40,001 bases of DNA from Chiloscyllium plagiosum (taxonomy: Eukaryota): positions 1 to 40,001 of the forward strand of contig NW_025215319.1 of NCBI RefSeq assembly GCF_004010195.1, given 5' to 3'. How positions within the stretch are numbered: position 1 is the first letter of the stretch; each line of letters opens with the position of its first letter. The notes beneath the pieces are model-generated. The model searched no databases and had not been told where the DNA came from. It saw only the letters and a list, made by a program, of their open reading frames with translations. Both the position numbers and the translations under genes were made by a program. This document shows, piece by piece, positions 10,625 through 22,278 of the stretch.

Positions 10625-10908
10625 TGCAAACAGGTCCTTTGCTCCCAAGCGTGAACCAGCCAGAGCAATCCTCATATCTAATATTCTCTATTTATCTCAG
10701 TCTAATGCATCAAACCCACATAAACCTGAACTCTAAGGACAATTTAGCCTTGCCAATCCACCTACCCTGCACATCATTGGACTGTTCGAGGACCCTGGAG
10801 TACCCTGAAAAACATCCATGCAGCACAGTGCGAATGTGGAAACTCCACACAGACAGTTGCCAGAAGCTGAAATTGAATCTGGGTCCTCAGTGCTGTGACA
10901 GAACAGTC
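10625..10908 (-). mobile_element. HE1-like V-SINE, decayed
   Basis: GGACAATTTAGCCTTGCCAATCCACCTACCCTGCACATCATTGGACTG and GAAACTCCACACAGACAG form the V-SINE core (reverse complement). A tRNA-derived head ATTGAATCTGGGTCC follows. Confidence 0.75.
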
Positions 10909-11267
10909 ATGATCAATGACTCAGCGAGCCTGACATCTCGCTCGTGGCTTAACTCGCACTCACGGAGAGTGAGGCTCGATCCTGCCCTTTTTCCCTGTTT
11001 AGTCAGCGACTCTTCTCCGTCCCTGTACCATTAGCCCCGTTTGCTTACTGTTGACTGTGCCACATCACCATGCCGGTGGGCAGCTTGCAGGAGCAGGAAA
11101 ACAATGTCGATTATGAGCATGCACACCACAAGTTATCTCGGACAGAAATGTTGGTCTCTCCCGTCACAGGTGGCGAGTGAAGGTTGAAGGGGAGGGTAGC
11201 GTACGGAGCTATATGGGTTTCATGATTGGTGTGAGCAGGACTCTCACCCCAAACAAATGGTTTTACG

Positions 11268-11330
11268 TGCCGTGATTGAAGCCGCAGAGAGCATCAAGCT
11301 TCTTTGTACTAACACGCCCTGTATAATGGC
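11268..11330 (-). pseudogene. Possible tRNA-His remnant
   Basis: TGCCGTGATT, GTACTAAC and ATAATGGC match the termini and D-arm region of reverse-complement tRNA-His. The middle is divergent and shortened. Confidence 0.4.
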
Positions 11331-11446
11331 CGTTATTCTTGGATCAGTTTGTCTTGTTTTCGTTTAAGTTATCGCTTCACTATTTATTAATCTGTCTTTG
11401 GTGTGCATGGGGCTGAAATCAAAGGTTATTGAGTTAAATTATTGGT

Positions 11447-12298
11447 GTCGACTGTGGTGCTGCAAAAGTACATCTGCTCAGGCAGAATCCGATGAGCAGA
11501 AGAATTGACGTTTCGAGCGAAATGCCTTCGCCGGGAATGAGTCTGGTGAGCCAAGACAGTGTAAGATATTTGAAAGGGGCTGGTTCGCGGGCATGGGAGC
11601 TGAGAGTGCAATAGGGAGATGAAGGTGGGGATGATGGGACAGGTCAGAGAGGATGGTGGAGTGGATTGGTGAGAAGGAAATTCGACATTGTAGGGCAGGT
11701 GATGAGGGAGTTGCCGAGTTCGAAGATTGGATTTGGGATAAGGTGGGGGGTGGAGGGGCATTTAGGAAATTGTTGCAATTCACATTATTCCCGTGAGGTT
11801 AAATGGCCCTAAGGTGGAAGATGAAGCATTATCGTTGGTTGGTTAGGAATTGGCAATGGGGAGGCCCAGAACCTTCATGTCCTTGGTCGAGTGGGAGCTG
11901 GTTGTATAAGTGTTCGGCCACACGGTGGTACGGTTAGTTGGTGCGGGAGTCGCACAGATGTTCTCCGAAGCTTTCTGTACGCAGGTGGTCTGTCTTCTCA
12001 ATGTAGAGGAGACCGTAGTGGGAGAAACTAATACAGTAAATCACATGTTTCGAAATGCAGGTAAATTTCTGACGAATGTAGAAGGCTTTTTTGGGCATGG
12101 GACATAGGTGATCGGGAGGTATGGGCGCAGGATTTACAATTCTTGAGGTAGCAGGGCAAGGTGCTGTTTCGGGTGGGTAGGTTGGTGCTGGGCAGTGATT
12201 GAGTTTTTGAGTGGGGAAGCTTGCACCGGTCTCGATTTTGCCATGTGATGCCGCACTCTTGACTTCGATATCCAGCATCAGCAGTCCTCACTCTCTCC
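11447..12298 (-). mobile_element. Penelope-like element 3' fragment (GIY-YIG endonuclease plus terminal repeat)
   Basis: ORF 11934-12278 contains FYIRQKFTCISKHVIYCISFSHYGLLYIEKT...FGEHL, a decayed GIY-YIG. PLE terminal-repeat text is present at both ends, with a hammerhead remnant at 11507-11534. Confidence 0.8.
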
Positions 12299-12379
12299 CC
12301 CTTAAATAGTTGGTGTATTCAGTTACCAATTAACAGGTAACGTGATTTTTTTCACTGTAAATGACACTAATTTCCCAAA

Positions 12380-13060
12380 GATCACTTTCCTGCCATTACG
12401 GGTATCCTTCAGTTCCTCCCTTTTATCTATTCCCTAACATGTTAGCGATATCTTTTTGTCATCGTTTGTGCTGACATAACCAGATATAAAATTAATTCTT
12501 GTGCCATTCCCTCATTCCACATTATGACTTCGCCTGCTTGACTGTAAGTAATTTGTTTTCATGACATTTTTTCTCTTCATATACTTTTGGAAGCTTTGTA
12601 AATTAATTTGGGTGTTAAGCTCAAGCTTACCTTCAAGGTTTATATTTCCATCTTCAGTAATCCTTTAGTCTTTTGTTGCAGTCTGAACTCCTTCCAGTTA
12701 ATTTGCATGCTGCTCTTTTTAGACGGTGGGTACGCCTCTGACTTGGATTCACTTCTATCACTCATATTCTTTGTGAGCCATGGCAGGGGCACCTTTCCCG
12801 TTTCATGTTTTGCCTGACAGGAAGGAACAACAGTCACAGTTCCTCCAAGGGCTTTTCCAATTATTTTTCATCGTTTTAATTGATCTTCCCAAATTATTTT
12901 GTCTCATGCCATCATAAGTTTGTCCGTTTAGATTTTAATCCACCGTCTCAGAATTATCTTTGTCATTGTACACCATTCAGAGTGCATCACTCTCACACAA
13001 GGTGCTTCACATAGTTAGATTCCCAACAATTCCCTTCTCATAACAAAACAGAAATTTTAA
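12380..13060 (-). mobile_element. Decayed CR1-type LINE ORF2 middle fragment
   Basis: Minus-strand translation KVPLPWLTKNMSDRSESKSEAY...WKEFRLQQKTKGLLK is CR1 ORF2 linker-like text. Confidence 0.55.
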
Positions 13061-13109
13061 TACGAAACTTGTCGTTATCCCAGAAGATCATAGGACCGCA
13101 AACTCACGA

Positions 13110-13420
13110 GCAAGAGAGAGAGAGATGACTGATGGTGCTTTAAACTGAGTGTCACCATGCCTTAGGCTTGGGTGAATTTTCAGAAACTCCAACTTTCATG
13201 GCTGCCTCAACCGTTTCAGGGATTTAGCACGTGCTGTTGCTGCCTCACTGCATCACAAACCAGCCATCCACTTAGCAATTTTCCCATTCTGGACTGTGCG
13301 AGAAAACCGCAGCACCCGTAGAAAACCCACACATTTACGTGCAAACTCCACACAGACATTGTCGAAACTGGGACGCTGAAGCTATTAGGGAGCCGTGCGA
13401 ACCAACAAGCCTCCATGCCA
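13110..13420 (-). mobile_element. Two adjacent tRNA-derived SINE fragments
   Basis: 13110-13275 carries CTGCATCACAAACCAGCCATCCA (SINE head, reverse complement). 13289-13420 carries GGACTGTGCGAGAAAACCGCAGCACCCG...GCAAACTCCACACAGAC (V-SINE core). Confidence 0.6.
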
Positions 13421-13439
13421 CACGTTTGCTCACTGACTT

Positions 13440-15380
13440 GGTGCCCACAGCTCTCTATGGCAACTGTCTCCACAGAATCATCACTCTCTGGCTAAAGATT
13501 TTCCTCCTCGCCTCATTTCCAATTTGTTATCTCTTCAATTTGATTCTGTGCCCTCGGGTTCTGGTGTGTCATATTGGTTGAAACATCTTCGCCACATTGG
13601 CCCTATGCAGGCTTCTCAGCATTCTGAAAATTTCAATCGCATCGAGTCATTGACTCAAGCATCGCTGAAACAGACCGCTGTTCCAACCAGTCCATGCTAC
13701 CGTTTACGGAACCTAACGTATTACCAACTGCGTGTACTTGGCCCATAACTCTCTGAACATTTCGTATTCATGCACTTATCCAAATGTCTTTTAAACGTTG
13801 CAATTTTATCCACATTCACTACTTCCTCTGGAACTTTGCACAGGTAACATATCATGTAAAGTAAAACAAAGTGCACCTCATGTCTTATATTACCCTTTCT
13901 CCTATCAACATAAAAATATGTCCACTTGTCCTGAAATCCACCAAAGAAGGAAAGCACAGTTGCAGTTGCGCTCATCTGTATCCCTCAGGATTTTCAAAGC
14001 TTTTATAGGATAAACGTCAACCTCCTAAGCTCCTTTGAAAGAAGTCCCAGCCAATCGGGCCTTCCTTTAAACCTCAATCCCTTAATTCCTAGCAAATTCC
14101 TGGTGAATCTCTTCTGAACTCTCTCCAGCTTACTATTCTCCTTTGTCTAACAGAGCAACCAGAACTTGACGCAGTACTCCAGAAGAGGCCTCATCTCCGT
14201 CCTGTACAACCTCAGCCTGACGCCCCAAATCCAACACAGAAAAACTCAGCAACGGATGAAAGCATTCTCACAGTATTTTTAACGGAACTGTCGATATGTG
14301 ACACGACTTTCAAATTCCATTCCGTGACATATTCACGTGTCTGTTACGCAGCACTATTCAAGGCAGTACTTGCAATTGTACAAGTGCTACATCAGCATCT
14401 TACATTTATCCAATCTCTCTGTCATTACTTTGATCTTATCCCTGAATGATAAATGTCTCTTTTAATCTCATATAACCTGAAATAACTTTCTTCTCTGTCT
14501 ACTGTACCACCATGGAGAGTGACACAGTCCTTCAGCACAGAAACAGGCCTTTTGGCACAAACTGGTTCATACTGATCATAATGCCAGTCCACATTAACCC
14601 CATGTTTCTGCACTTGGCCCATATTATTCTAATCATTTGCTGTCCATGTATTTGTCCAAAAGCCTTTTTAATGTTTTCAATGTACACACAAAAACTTCTG
14701 CTCTCATCTCATTATCTGCATACCGTTAATTTTGGTGTCAACCACAAACTGACGATCCCTGTCTTTCATATTGTCATCTAAAACATTTACATAAGTCACA
14801 AACAAAGGAGCCAGCACGGATCGCTGTGGAACACTGCCGGTCACAAGCCTACAGTCTGACAATTAACCCTCCAAATCTCATCCTTTCTCTTGTTGTTTAC
14901 TGAATTTTGTATCCAATTGGCAAGTGAACTGTGAACCCCATGTGATGTAACTTTACTCATTAGTCTTCCATGCGGAATCTTGTCAAACGCTTTCTTAAAG
15001 CTGAAGATAAGCAATGTCTATTGTTCTTGTCTCATCAATCCTCTTGTGTATTGATCAAAAACTCAAGCAAATTTGTGAGACACAGTTTCCACCTCACCAA
15101 TCCATGCTGATGATCCCGTATATTTCCTGGCGTCTGCAAATGCTCTCTTCCAAAACCACCTCTAAAAACCTGCGAACCACCAACTTCAAACTCACAAGTC
15201 TGTAGATCCAAGTATTTCGCCTATATCCGTTCTTCAACAACGTTCCTTAAAGTCCAATCATTTGGAATCTCACTCAAATTTAGAAATGACACAATTATTT
15301 GAGCAAGGAGTCCTGCAATTTCCGCGCTTACCTCTCACAATGCTTTTGGATTCAGTTCCGATACAGGGTAAACCTCTATG
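13440..15380 (-). mobile_element. Cluster of nested, decayed CR1-type LINE fragments
   Basis: ORF 13721-13975 has IATFKRHLDKCMN (CR1 C-terminus). A 3' tail CAGCACAGAAACAGGCCTTTTGGC lies at ~14533. RT-region text GGATCGCTGTGGAACACTG (VPQGS) and CTTGTCAAACGCTTT (KAFDK) is present. Confidence 0.65.
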
Positions 15381-15419
15381 CTAATTGAAACCCGCAACAC
15401 AGAAAAAATATTTGCCCTG

Positions 15420-16020
15420 TGCTGTAATCTGTGAACATCTGAGAGGCAAGGCGTATCTCAAAGGTCACAACTTAAAGGGAAAATTTATAACTTTTTTCTT
15501 TACGTCAAACAGAGAATATGAAAACTAAAAACTATTTAAAAATACTTTCTCTGAAAACCATCTTTTACCTTCCAGTCCACAATAGGATTCCAATTTGAAC
15601 ATTTCCCAATGATGATTTTTAAAAAAAAATCACGTTTCAAAACCACTCAGCATTGCCATGTCTCCATTTGAGGATTTTCCTGTGCAGATTCTCTCCAGGT
15701 TGTCATCGATGTTCTGCCATGCAAACACATTCCCCAGGTTGGTACATTTGTGAGATCTCTTCAGCTGGAATTTTCTGACACAGACCTCTCACTAGCTGTT
15801 CAACATTTCCTGTTTTATACAGCAAAACAACAGATTATTTCATTGGCTTTCATATTATCAAAATGCTAAGTTTAAACCTGATTTTGGTTTGGGATCTTGA
15901 TTGATAATTTAACCTGATAGCAATCCAGCTCTGCTGGCTATTTCGAACAAATGTCACATTGTTTCCTTGCTCAGAACAGGTTGTGCTGTGTCTTGCAATT
16001 TTTCAACTCTTTTCTTCACA
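15420..16020. mobile_element. Possible solo-LTR-like insertion interrupting CR1 debris
   Basis: A non-CR1 AT-rich block beginning TGTAATC and ending TTCACA lies between two collinear CR1 fragments. Family not identified. Confidence 0.25.
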
Positions 16021-16029
16021 ATATCTTCT

Positions 16030-16900
16030 TAACAATACACTAGTCCAAGGTCTTGAGATTTATCTGCCTTTTACATTTTCTGAGACCTTCAGCAATTATT
16101 TTCCTGTAATATGAAATATTTATCAGCATGTATTTCCATAATTTCTGCAGTCTCCTTAAGTGCAAAATATCTCAAACTGAACTATTCCATCTTGCTTGCA
16201 TTTGGTCTGTATCCCTCTAATCATTTCTACTTCATCTAAATGTCCAAATGTCTTTCTAATAATATAACAGCATCTCGACGTACCAATTGTTCCAGGAGTT
16301 GATTCCATAGAGAAACCATCCTCTGTGTGAAAAAGTTATCTTGTCATTCCGTGTAAATCGTATGGGTTCTGGACTCCCGTATCCAAGGGAAAAAGACCTT
16401 TGCTGTTCACCTTATCGAGAACACTCATGATTTTATGAATCTCTATAAAGTCACCCTTCGACATCCGATGCTGCAGTCCGACAAGTCAAAGCCTACACAG
16501 TCTCTCCTCGTTATATGACAATCGAGTCCTGGGAACATGGAAATTATTTGTTGCATGAAGCAACACAGAGTCGAATGCAATCCAGCCGCTAGAAATATCA
16601 CCTAATGTCAATTTCTTTGATCCTTGGTCAAATATTTTAAGAAAAGGAATCGTCTTCCTCACACATGGAGAGTGAACATTCGATCTTGCGTTCTCCGCAG
16701 TAAAAACTGACGTGAAAAATTCGTTTAATGGCTCTTCCATCTGCTGAGCTCAAACGCAATGTAAACTTCTTTAATCTTTATGGCACTATTTCTCGAGTTG
16801 TTCTCTTGCCAGATATGCACTTGTAGACCCTCTTCGAATTATCTTCAGCCCTGGCCGATTCGATAATTTCATATCCCCACTTTGCCTTCCTGGTCTGCAT
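16030..16900 (-). mobile_element. Decayed CR1-type LINE fragments
   Basis: CCAAGGGAAAAAGACCTTTGCTGTTCACCTTATC and CTCTATAAAGTCACCC give the C-terminus. ORF 16486-16740 begins EEPLNEFFTSVFTAE, matching CR1 ORF2 LNEYFSSVFT. Confidence 0.65.
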
Positions 16901-17258
16901 CTTATTGAAATCCCTACAAGAAATGTATTTGAATCCTGTGGCAAACAGATTTTAATCAGCAAGGGATTCGAAGGAAAGCAGATATTGCAGGAAACTGAAT
17001 CTGTGAATTATCAAATCAGCCATAATCTCACTGAATAGTGAGAGCAGACTGTATAGGTTGAATTGCTGACTTCTGCCCTTGCATCTTATTGTATTATTTT
17101 TCTGGACTTCAAAATGCTTCTGTTTTTCCTTTATCAATAAATTTCCCGGGCATTAGAAGAAGAAGATTTACAGTGCAAAGGCTTAAAAACAAATATCATT
17201 TCAGCATCTGATGATGTTGTCCAATTGATTGTTGCTTGAATATGATTCGCTTTTGAAC

Positions 17259-17700
17259 ATGGAAGAGAAAAGCATCATTCACAGAGTGGAGAAACTGTCT
17301 TTTACATGTGGACAGGGATTCAAAAGATAATCTGCCTTGTCAGAACATAAACACAGTCAGACAAGATCGACGCCATTCGTCTGTTTCGAGTGTGGGATTA
17401 ATTCACTTGATCCACCATACTGTTCGAACAACCCCAAGTCCACACATAGGAAAAGATTTTTTAAATGCCCTGAAAGTGGGAAGCGTCTTAAAATCTCTGA
17501 GGATTTGTTGACCCATCAACGTGTTGACACGAATGAGAAACCGTCAGTTGCTCTCAAAATCGGCCTGGATTCAAGTCGTTAATTAGACTCACTGTGCATC
17601 CGCCATCTCACTGTGTGGAGAGGCTGTTCATCTGCACTGGTGTGTGAAGAGATTTGATGTGAAATCGAAACTACTGAAACAACAGCAAGTTCATAAGTGA
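17259..17700 (+). pseudogene. C2H2 zinc-finger gene pseudogene (shark tandem-ZNF type)
   Basis: ATG at 17259 opens MEEKSIIHRVEKL..CGQGF, followed by PFVCFECG, FKCPESGKRLKISEDLLTHQRVDTNEKP and GERLFIC-like text, ending QQVHK* at 17700. Stops, frameshifts and lost Cys/His ligands indicate a pseudogene. Confidence 0.85.
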
Positions 17701-18029
17701 AGCAAGTGCCTGGTTTTTACTGTGCTTCAGCGTGTGCCAAAGTCTCAACTAGAAGTTTTGTTTTGAATTCCAGCTTACTGTGGAGCTGTACCAAGGAGTT
17801 TAACTGTTTCTTAATTGGTGATTGAATGATTCCCATTGTGTCTTCCTTCTGATGAAGTTAACATTCCAGAAGAAACGAAATGTGTTCCATGTTCCACGTG
17901 TTCTACAGCAGCTAATTCATTCAAAATAAATTCTTCAAACACCAGAGAAGTGCCTGATTTTCTCCACATTGTCCGGACAGGAATTGCTTGCATGACTGAA
18001 AAGTCAGAAATGGTGCTAACTAATATGCA

Positions 18030-18360
18030 GTCAGGTGTGGCATGTTGGCTCAATAGTCACCACTGTTTTCTCACAGGACCAGGGCCCTTGCTTCAATTGC
18101 AGCCTTGGGTGACATTCTGTGTGGAGTTTGCACCATACCCCCATGTTTGTATTGTTTCCATTCCACGGCCCAAAGATGTGCGGGTTAGGTAAATTGCAAT
18201 TGCTAAATTATCCAAGGAAGTCTAGGTTAGATACTTAGCGATGGGAAATGCAGGGTTACTGAAGGAGAGTGGGGTATTATTTTGGGTGGGATTTTGTTTG
18301 GAAGGCAGGTGTGAACTTGCTGGGTAAATTGGCCCGTTTCAAGGATTTCATGTTTCTGTG
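18030..18360 (+). mobile_element. HE1-like V-SINE
   Basis: tRNA-like head TGGCTCAATAG, core TGTGTGGAGTTTGCAC and CCCAAAGATGTGCGGGTTAGGTAAATTG, then a LINE-derived tail. Confidence 0.75.
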
Positions 18361-18779
18361 AGTAAATAACCAACTCTTATTTTTTGATTGAACAATAGTC
18401 ATTGAAACAGCTCAGAATGATTGGGACTGAGACAACAACCTGCGAGACCCCTGCAGTGAGGTTCTGGGCTTGGGATGATTGACATTCAGATTGCAAGCAT
18501 TTGGGCTCAATGATTACACCACGTGGAGAGTGTTACATTGTTGAAAGCACATATGTTCACTTTAAAATAGTGTATTTTCTGAATGTTGAAGGAAATTAAG
18601 ACTGCATGCTTTGCTTCCCGAATGGAAAGGCTGAGGGACGGGCTGTTCCAAACTAGATACGGGTAACACTTCTCGATGAAAACCTGAATTTTTCTTGCTG
18701 TTTCGACAACAACTCACATTTAACCAAGTACACTAAATTATGCCCAGGGTCCTTGGAGCTAATAAATTTTCAATTTTTG

Positions 18780-19310
18780 TTTTGCTTTTGCATCTGGAAT
18801 CTAATCAATTTGTGCAAATGAATGCGTCATTGGAGTGTATATAAAACCAATATTCTTCAAACTAGAGTGAGAGCTATTGCTGGAGAGCTATCTGCCCATC
18901 TAACACTTCCCTCTCTCAGAAATTAGAAAGCACTCTCTATCAAAAGTTACCTTTTTCTGCAAAACATACTTTGTAAAAATGAAAGAAGTTGAAACAATTG
19001 AGATGAGCAGATAGAAGTTGGAAACAGCGGAGCATATACAAACTGTGTCGACTTGAGATGAAGTTGATGAAATGTTTAACAACTGTGTTATTGGAACAGC
19101 ATGTCAATAGATTGCGTTCAGTTAAAGGAAAAAATGTTTAGTTTGTTGATTGTTTTGTTAAGTATTCGCAAGAGAGTGAAATAAAAAGTTGTTTTTTCTT
19201 TAAGTATTGGAACTTAGAATTTCTGTGTCACTCACTCACGTTGGAATAGATTACAAGGTGAGCAAAGGTTTTCCGACTGTTTGCTATTAATTGACGAGGC
19301 ATTCCACATC
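18780..19310 (+). mobile_element. Possible solo LTR
   Basis: TATA-like GTATATAAAA (~18837) and a downstream AATAAA (~19180) in a non-LINE block. Family not identified. Confidence 0.3.
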
Positions 19311-19319
19311 CTCATTGGT

Positions 19320-19710
19320 TCCAATTGACTCCAGTTTTGCAAAATCTCTTCAGTGTCTTAGTCATTCAGACGCACCCTTAGTTTCAAGGGCAGTCAGTCT
19401 CACCTTGCCTTGTGAGTGCGGTATTTGGACTAATTATGTAATGAGAACAAAAGCTAAGTGCCTCTGATGGAACACGCAGTATCAGCGAGCTGCTTATTGT
19501 TGACTGAGTACAATCTGAAAGCACAAGTATTACTCACTTCCATCACTTTGCTGATGGTTGAGCATTGATTGACCGGAGTAAGGGTTGGATTTGTCCTGCT
19601 TTTGTGGATTCGTTACAACTGGGCATTTTTTTATAAATCTGTATCAATATGAATGTCGTGGTTACGCTGTTGTGAAAGCTGGAACTGGGCATTGAGTATG
19701 ATGACCATCA
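19320..19710 (-). mobile_element. Decayed CR1/L2-clade LINE RT fragment
   Basis: CTTCCATCACTTTGCTGATG and GGTTGGATTTGTCCTGCTTTTGTGG encode ISKVME and HKKQDKSNP-like text on the minus strand. Confidence 0.55.
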
Positions 19711-20131
19711 ATCATTATATCTAAGGGAAGGACAGGCTCGAAGGCCCTAATGTCCACCTGCTATTCCGATATATCAATGCTGGAGACATTTGGGGTGGCC
19801 GAACCGATATAGAATCGTCCAGGGTCTCCATCATTCCACACTTCTGCCTCGAGATTATTAACAATGGTTCAGTTTTTCCTTGTGCACGGATTGTGCTGGA
19901 CGCCCCCGACTGCCCCATGACAGAGACAACCATTGAGATAAGTAGCTCATTTCCAGTCTGGCTTGTTAATAGTGAGGACAGAGTGAATTTCTCCCTAACC
20001 TGACTGCGCCGGCACTAGGCTCATCCTCGTTCGCTCTGCGTTTGGTAGATTAATCTTTCCGCCCTCTACTCATATGGCACAGGCGTCGCTGTCAATCACC
20101 TGTTTAGCGTACTTGTGCAGTATTTTGTGAA

Positions 20132-20406
20132 NNNNNNNNNNNNNNNNNNNNNNNNNNNNNNNNNNNNNNNNNNNNNNNNNNNNNNNNNNNNNNNNNNNNN
20201 NNNNNNNNNNNNNNNNNNNNNNNNNNNNNNNNNNNNNNNNNNNNNNNNNNNNNNNNNNNNNNNNNNNNNNNNNNNNNNNNNNNNNNNNNNNNNNNNNNNN
20301 NNNNNNNNNNNNNNNNNNNNNNNNNNNNNNNNNNNNNNNNNNNNNNNNNNNNNNNNNNNNNNNNNNNNNNNNNNNNNNNNNNNNNNNNNNNNNNNNNNNN
20401 NNNNNN
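20132..20406. other. Assembly gap (275 N)
   Basis: Run of N characters. Confidence 1.
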
Positions 20407-21226
20407 AGTTGCTTTATTGATGAAGAATATCATCAAGGTAGTATTGAGAATTGATATTGACACGAAGGACAAAAGATAGTTGATGTGTCTGTGAGGAAAT
20501 AAAAGCAAGGTACTCCTATCCCTTAACAGGAGTAATTTACAGGACCCTGATGAGTACTTACAAAGTAAGGCATAACAAACAAGGGGGAAATAAAGAGGGC
20601 TTGTAAGAAAGGCGCGCTGGCAATTATGGACGATTTAAACAGATGTATTGTTAGGATTAATTAAATGGTTAGGATCGCCTCGAAGGAATGTTCAGAGTGG
20701 AAGGTGGATTCTATCTTAAAGCAACATGTCATGGAGCCAACAATAGAATTGGCAACTTTTAGATTTGATGTTATGCAACATTGAAACGTTGACAAATGAC
20801 CTTGTCGTTTACGATCCACTTGGAAGCAGTGACCTCAACATACTCGAGTGAAAACAGAGCCCTATACAAGTGATTTAGTGTTGGGCAAAGGCAATTATGC
20901 AGGTGTGAGACAGGAGTTGGACAGAGAACTTTGGGGAAAAAAATTGAAGGTCTGGAAAAGCTGAAGAACAGAGGCAAATGCAACAGAGGGAGGTGCTAAA
21001 TATATTTCAATTGAAGTATATGAATTGTATAAAGATGCAAAATCATCCAGGAAGTCACAGAGAGCATAAAGACTAAACATTTCATGCTGTGAAGGTTAGT
21101 GAAGCTCGGGAGCAATTCTAAAAGTCAGAAAAGGTTAACTAAGGACAGAATCAAAAGAGCTACGATGAACCGAAAAGGGAAATTAGGAGAGAACAAAAGC
21201 ACTGATACCGAAAGCTTCTATAAGCA

Positions 21227-21296
21227 TATAAACAGGAAGTGGATAGTAGAAGTAAATATTGTATAAACAGGAAGTGGATAGTAGAAGTAAATATTG
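21227..21296. repeat. Perfect 35-bp tandem duplication
   Basis: TATAAACAGGAAGTGGATAGTAGAAGTAAATATTG occurs twice in tandem. Confidence 0.95.
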
Positions 21297-22014
21297 GACC
21301 TGAGTAGGTCGAAAATGACAAACAATAATGACAAACTCAGTAATGACAGAAGTCGAAAACCAATACTTTGTCTAAACTTTCACAGTAGAACAACATAATT
21401 TCTTCACAAAAACTGCAGGTCCTGCAGTGAAACTTGACGAAATTACCACAACTAGGGATAATCTTTGGAGTAAATTGATAGGTATAAAGGCAAATAGGCC
21501 CTGATGACATTCTACCTCGGATGTTAAAGGAGGTGGCAGCAGAGATATTGGAGGCATAATCTATGATTTCCCAAAATTCGCTGGATTCAGGACAGATTTA
21601 TATGGATTGGAGACTTACAAATGTTACATTCTTCTTTAATAGAAGAGATAGCTGAACTAAAGAACAGTTACTTTGAATTCTGAATCAGGAAAGTGGATGG
21701 AGTCAATCACAAAGGACGAGTTAAAAGGACACTTAGAAAAGCAACACTCAATTTACCAGTGAAGCATGATTTCATGAAGGGCATGTCATCGTTTACACGA
21801 TTGCTGGTGTTGTTTGAGGATGTCAGTAGCAAGATGGATAATGGGGATATGGTGGATGTAATATTCCTGGATTTCCACAAGGTGTTTGACAAAATGCTGT
21901 ACAGAAGACTGATGCAGAATGTTCGATCCCAGGACGCTAAGCCTGAGTATTATCTGGGAAAGAGGATTGATTGCCTGACAGAAAGCCGAGTGTCTGGATA
22001 AATGGGCCCTTTTC

Positions 22015-22278
22015 TTGTTGGTGAATTGTAATCTATTGCTATGCCGTACGATTCAGGTTCCAGACCTCAATTGTTTTCAATCTGTACAATTGGATTTCTG
22101 GCATTTGTTGCAAAAGGACAGCATTACAAAAATGAACAAGTGTTTTTTTTGTTGGTGAATTGTAATCTGTTGCTATGCCGTACGATTCAGGTTCCAGACC
22201 TCAATTGTTTTCAATCTGTACAAATTGATTTCTGGCATTTGTTGCAAAAGGACAGCATTACAAAATTGAACAAGTGTT
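22015..22278. repeat. 134-bp tandem duplication (near-identical copies)
   Basis: TTGTTGGTGAATTGTAATCT...GAACAAGTGTT starts at 22015 and again at 22149, with only a few substitutions. Confidence 0.95.

Noticed and set aside
20104..20508. ORFs spanning poly-X
   Set aside because: Artefact of the N gap.
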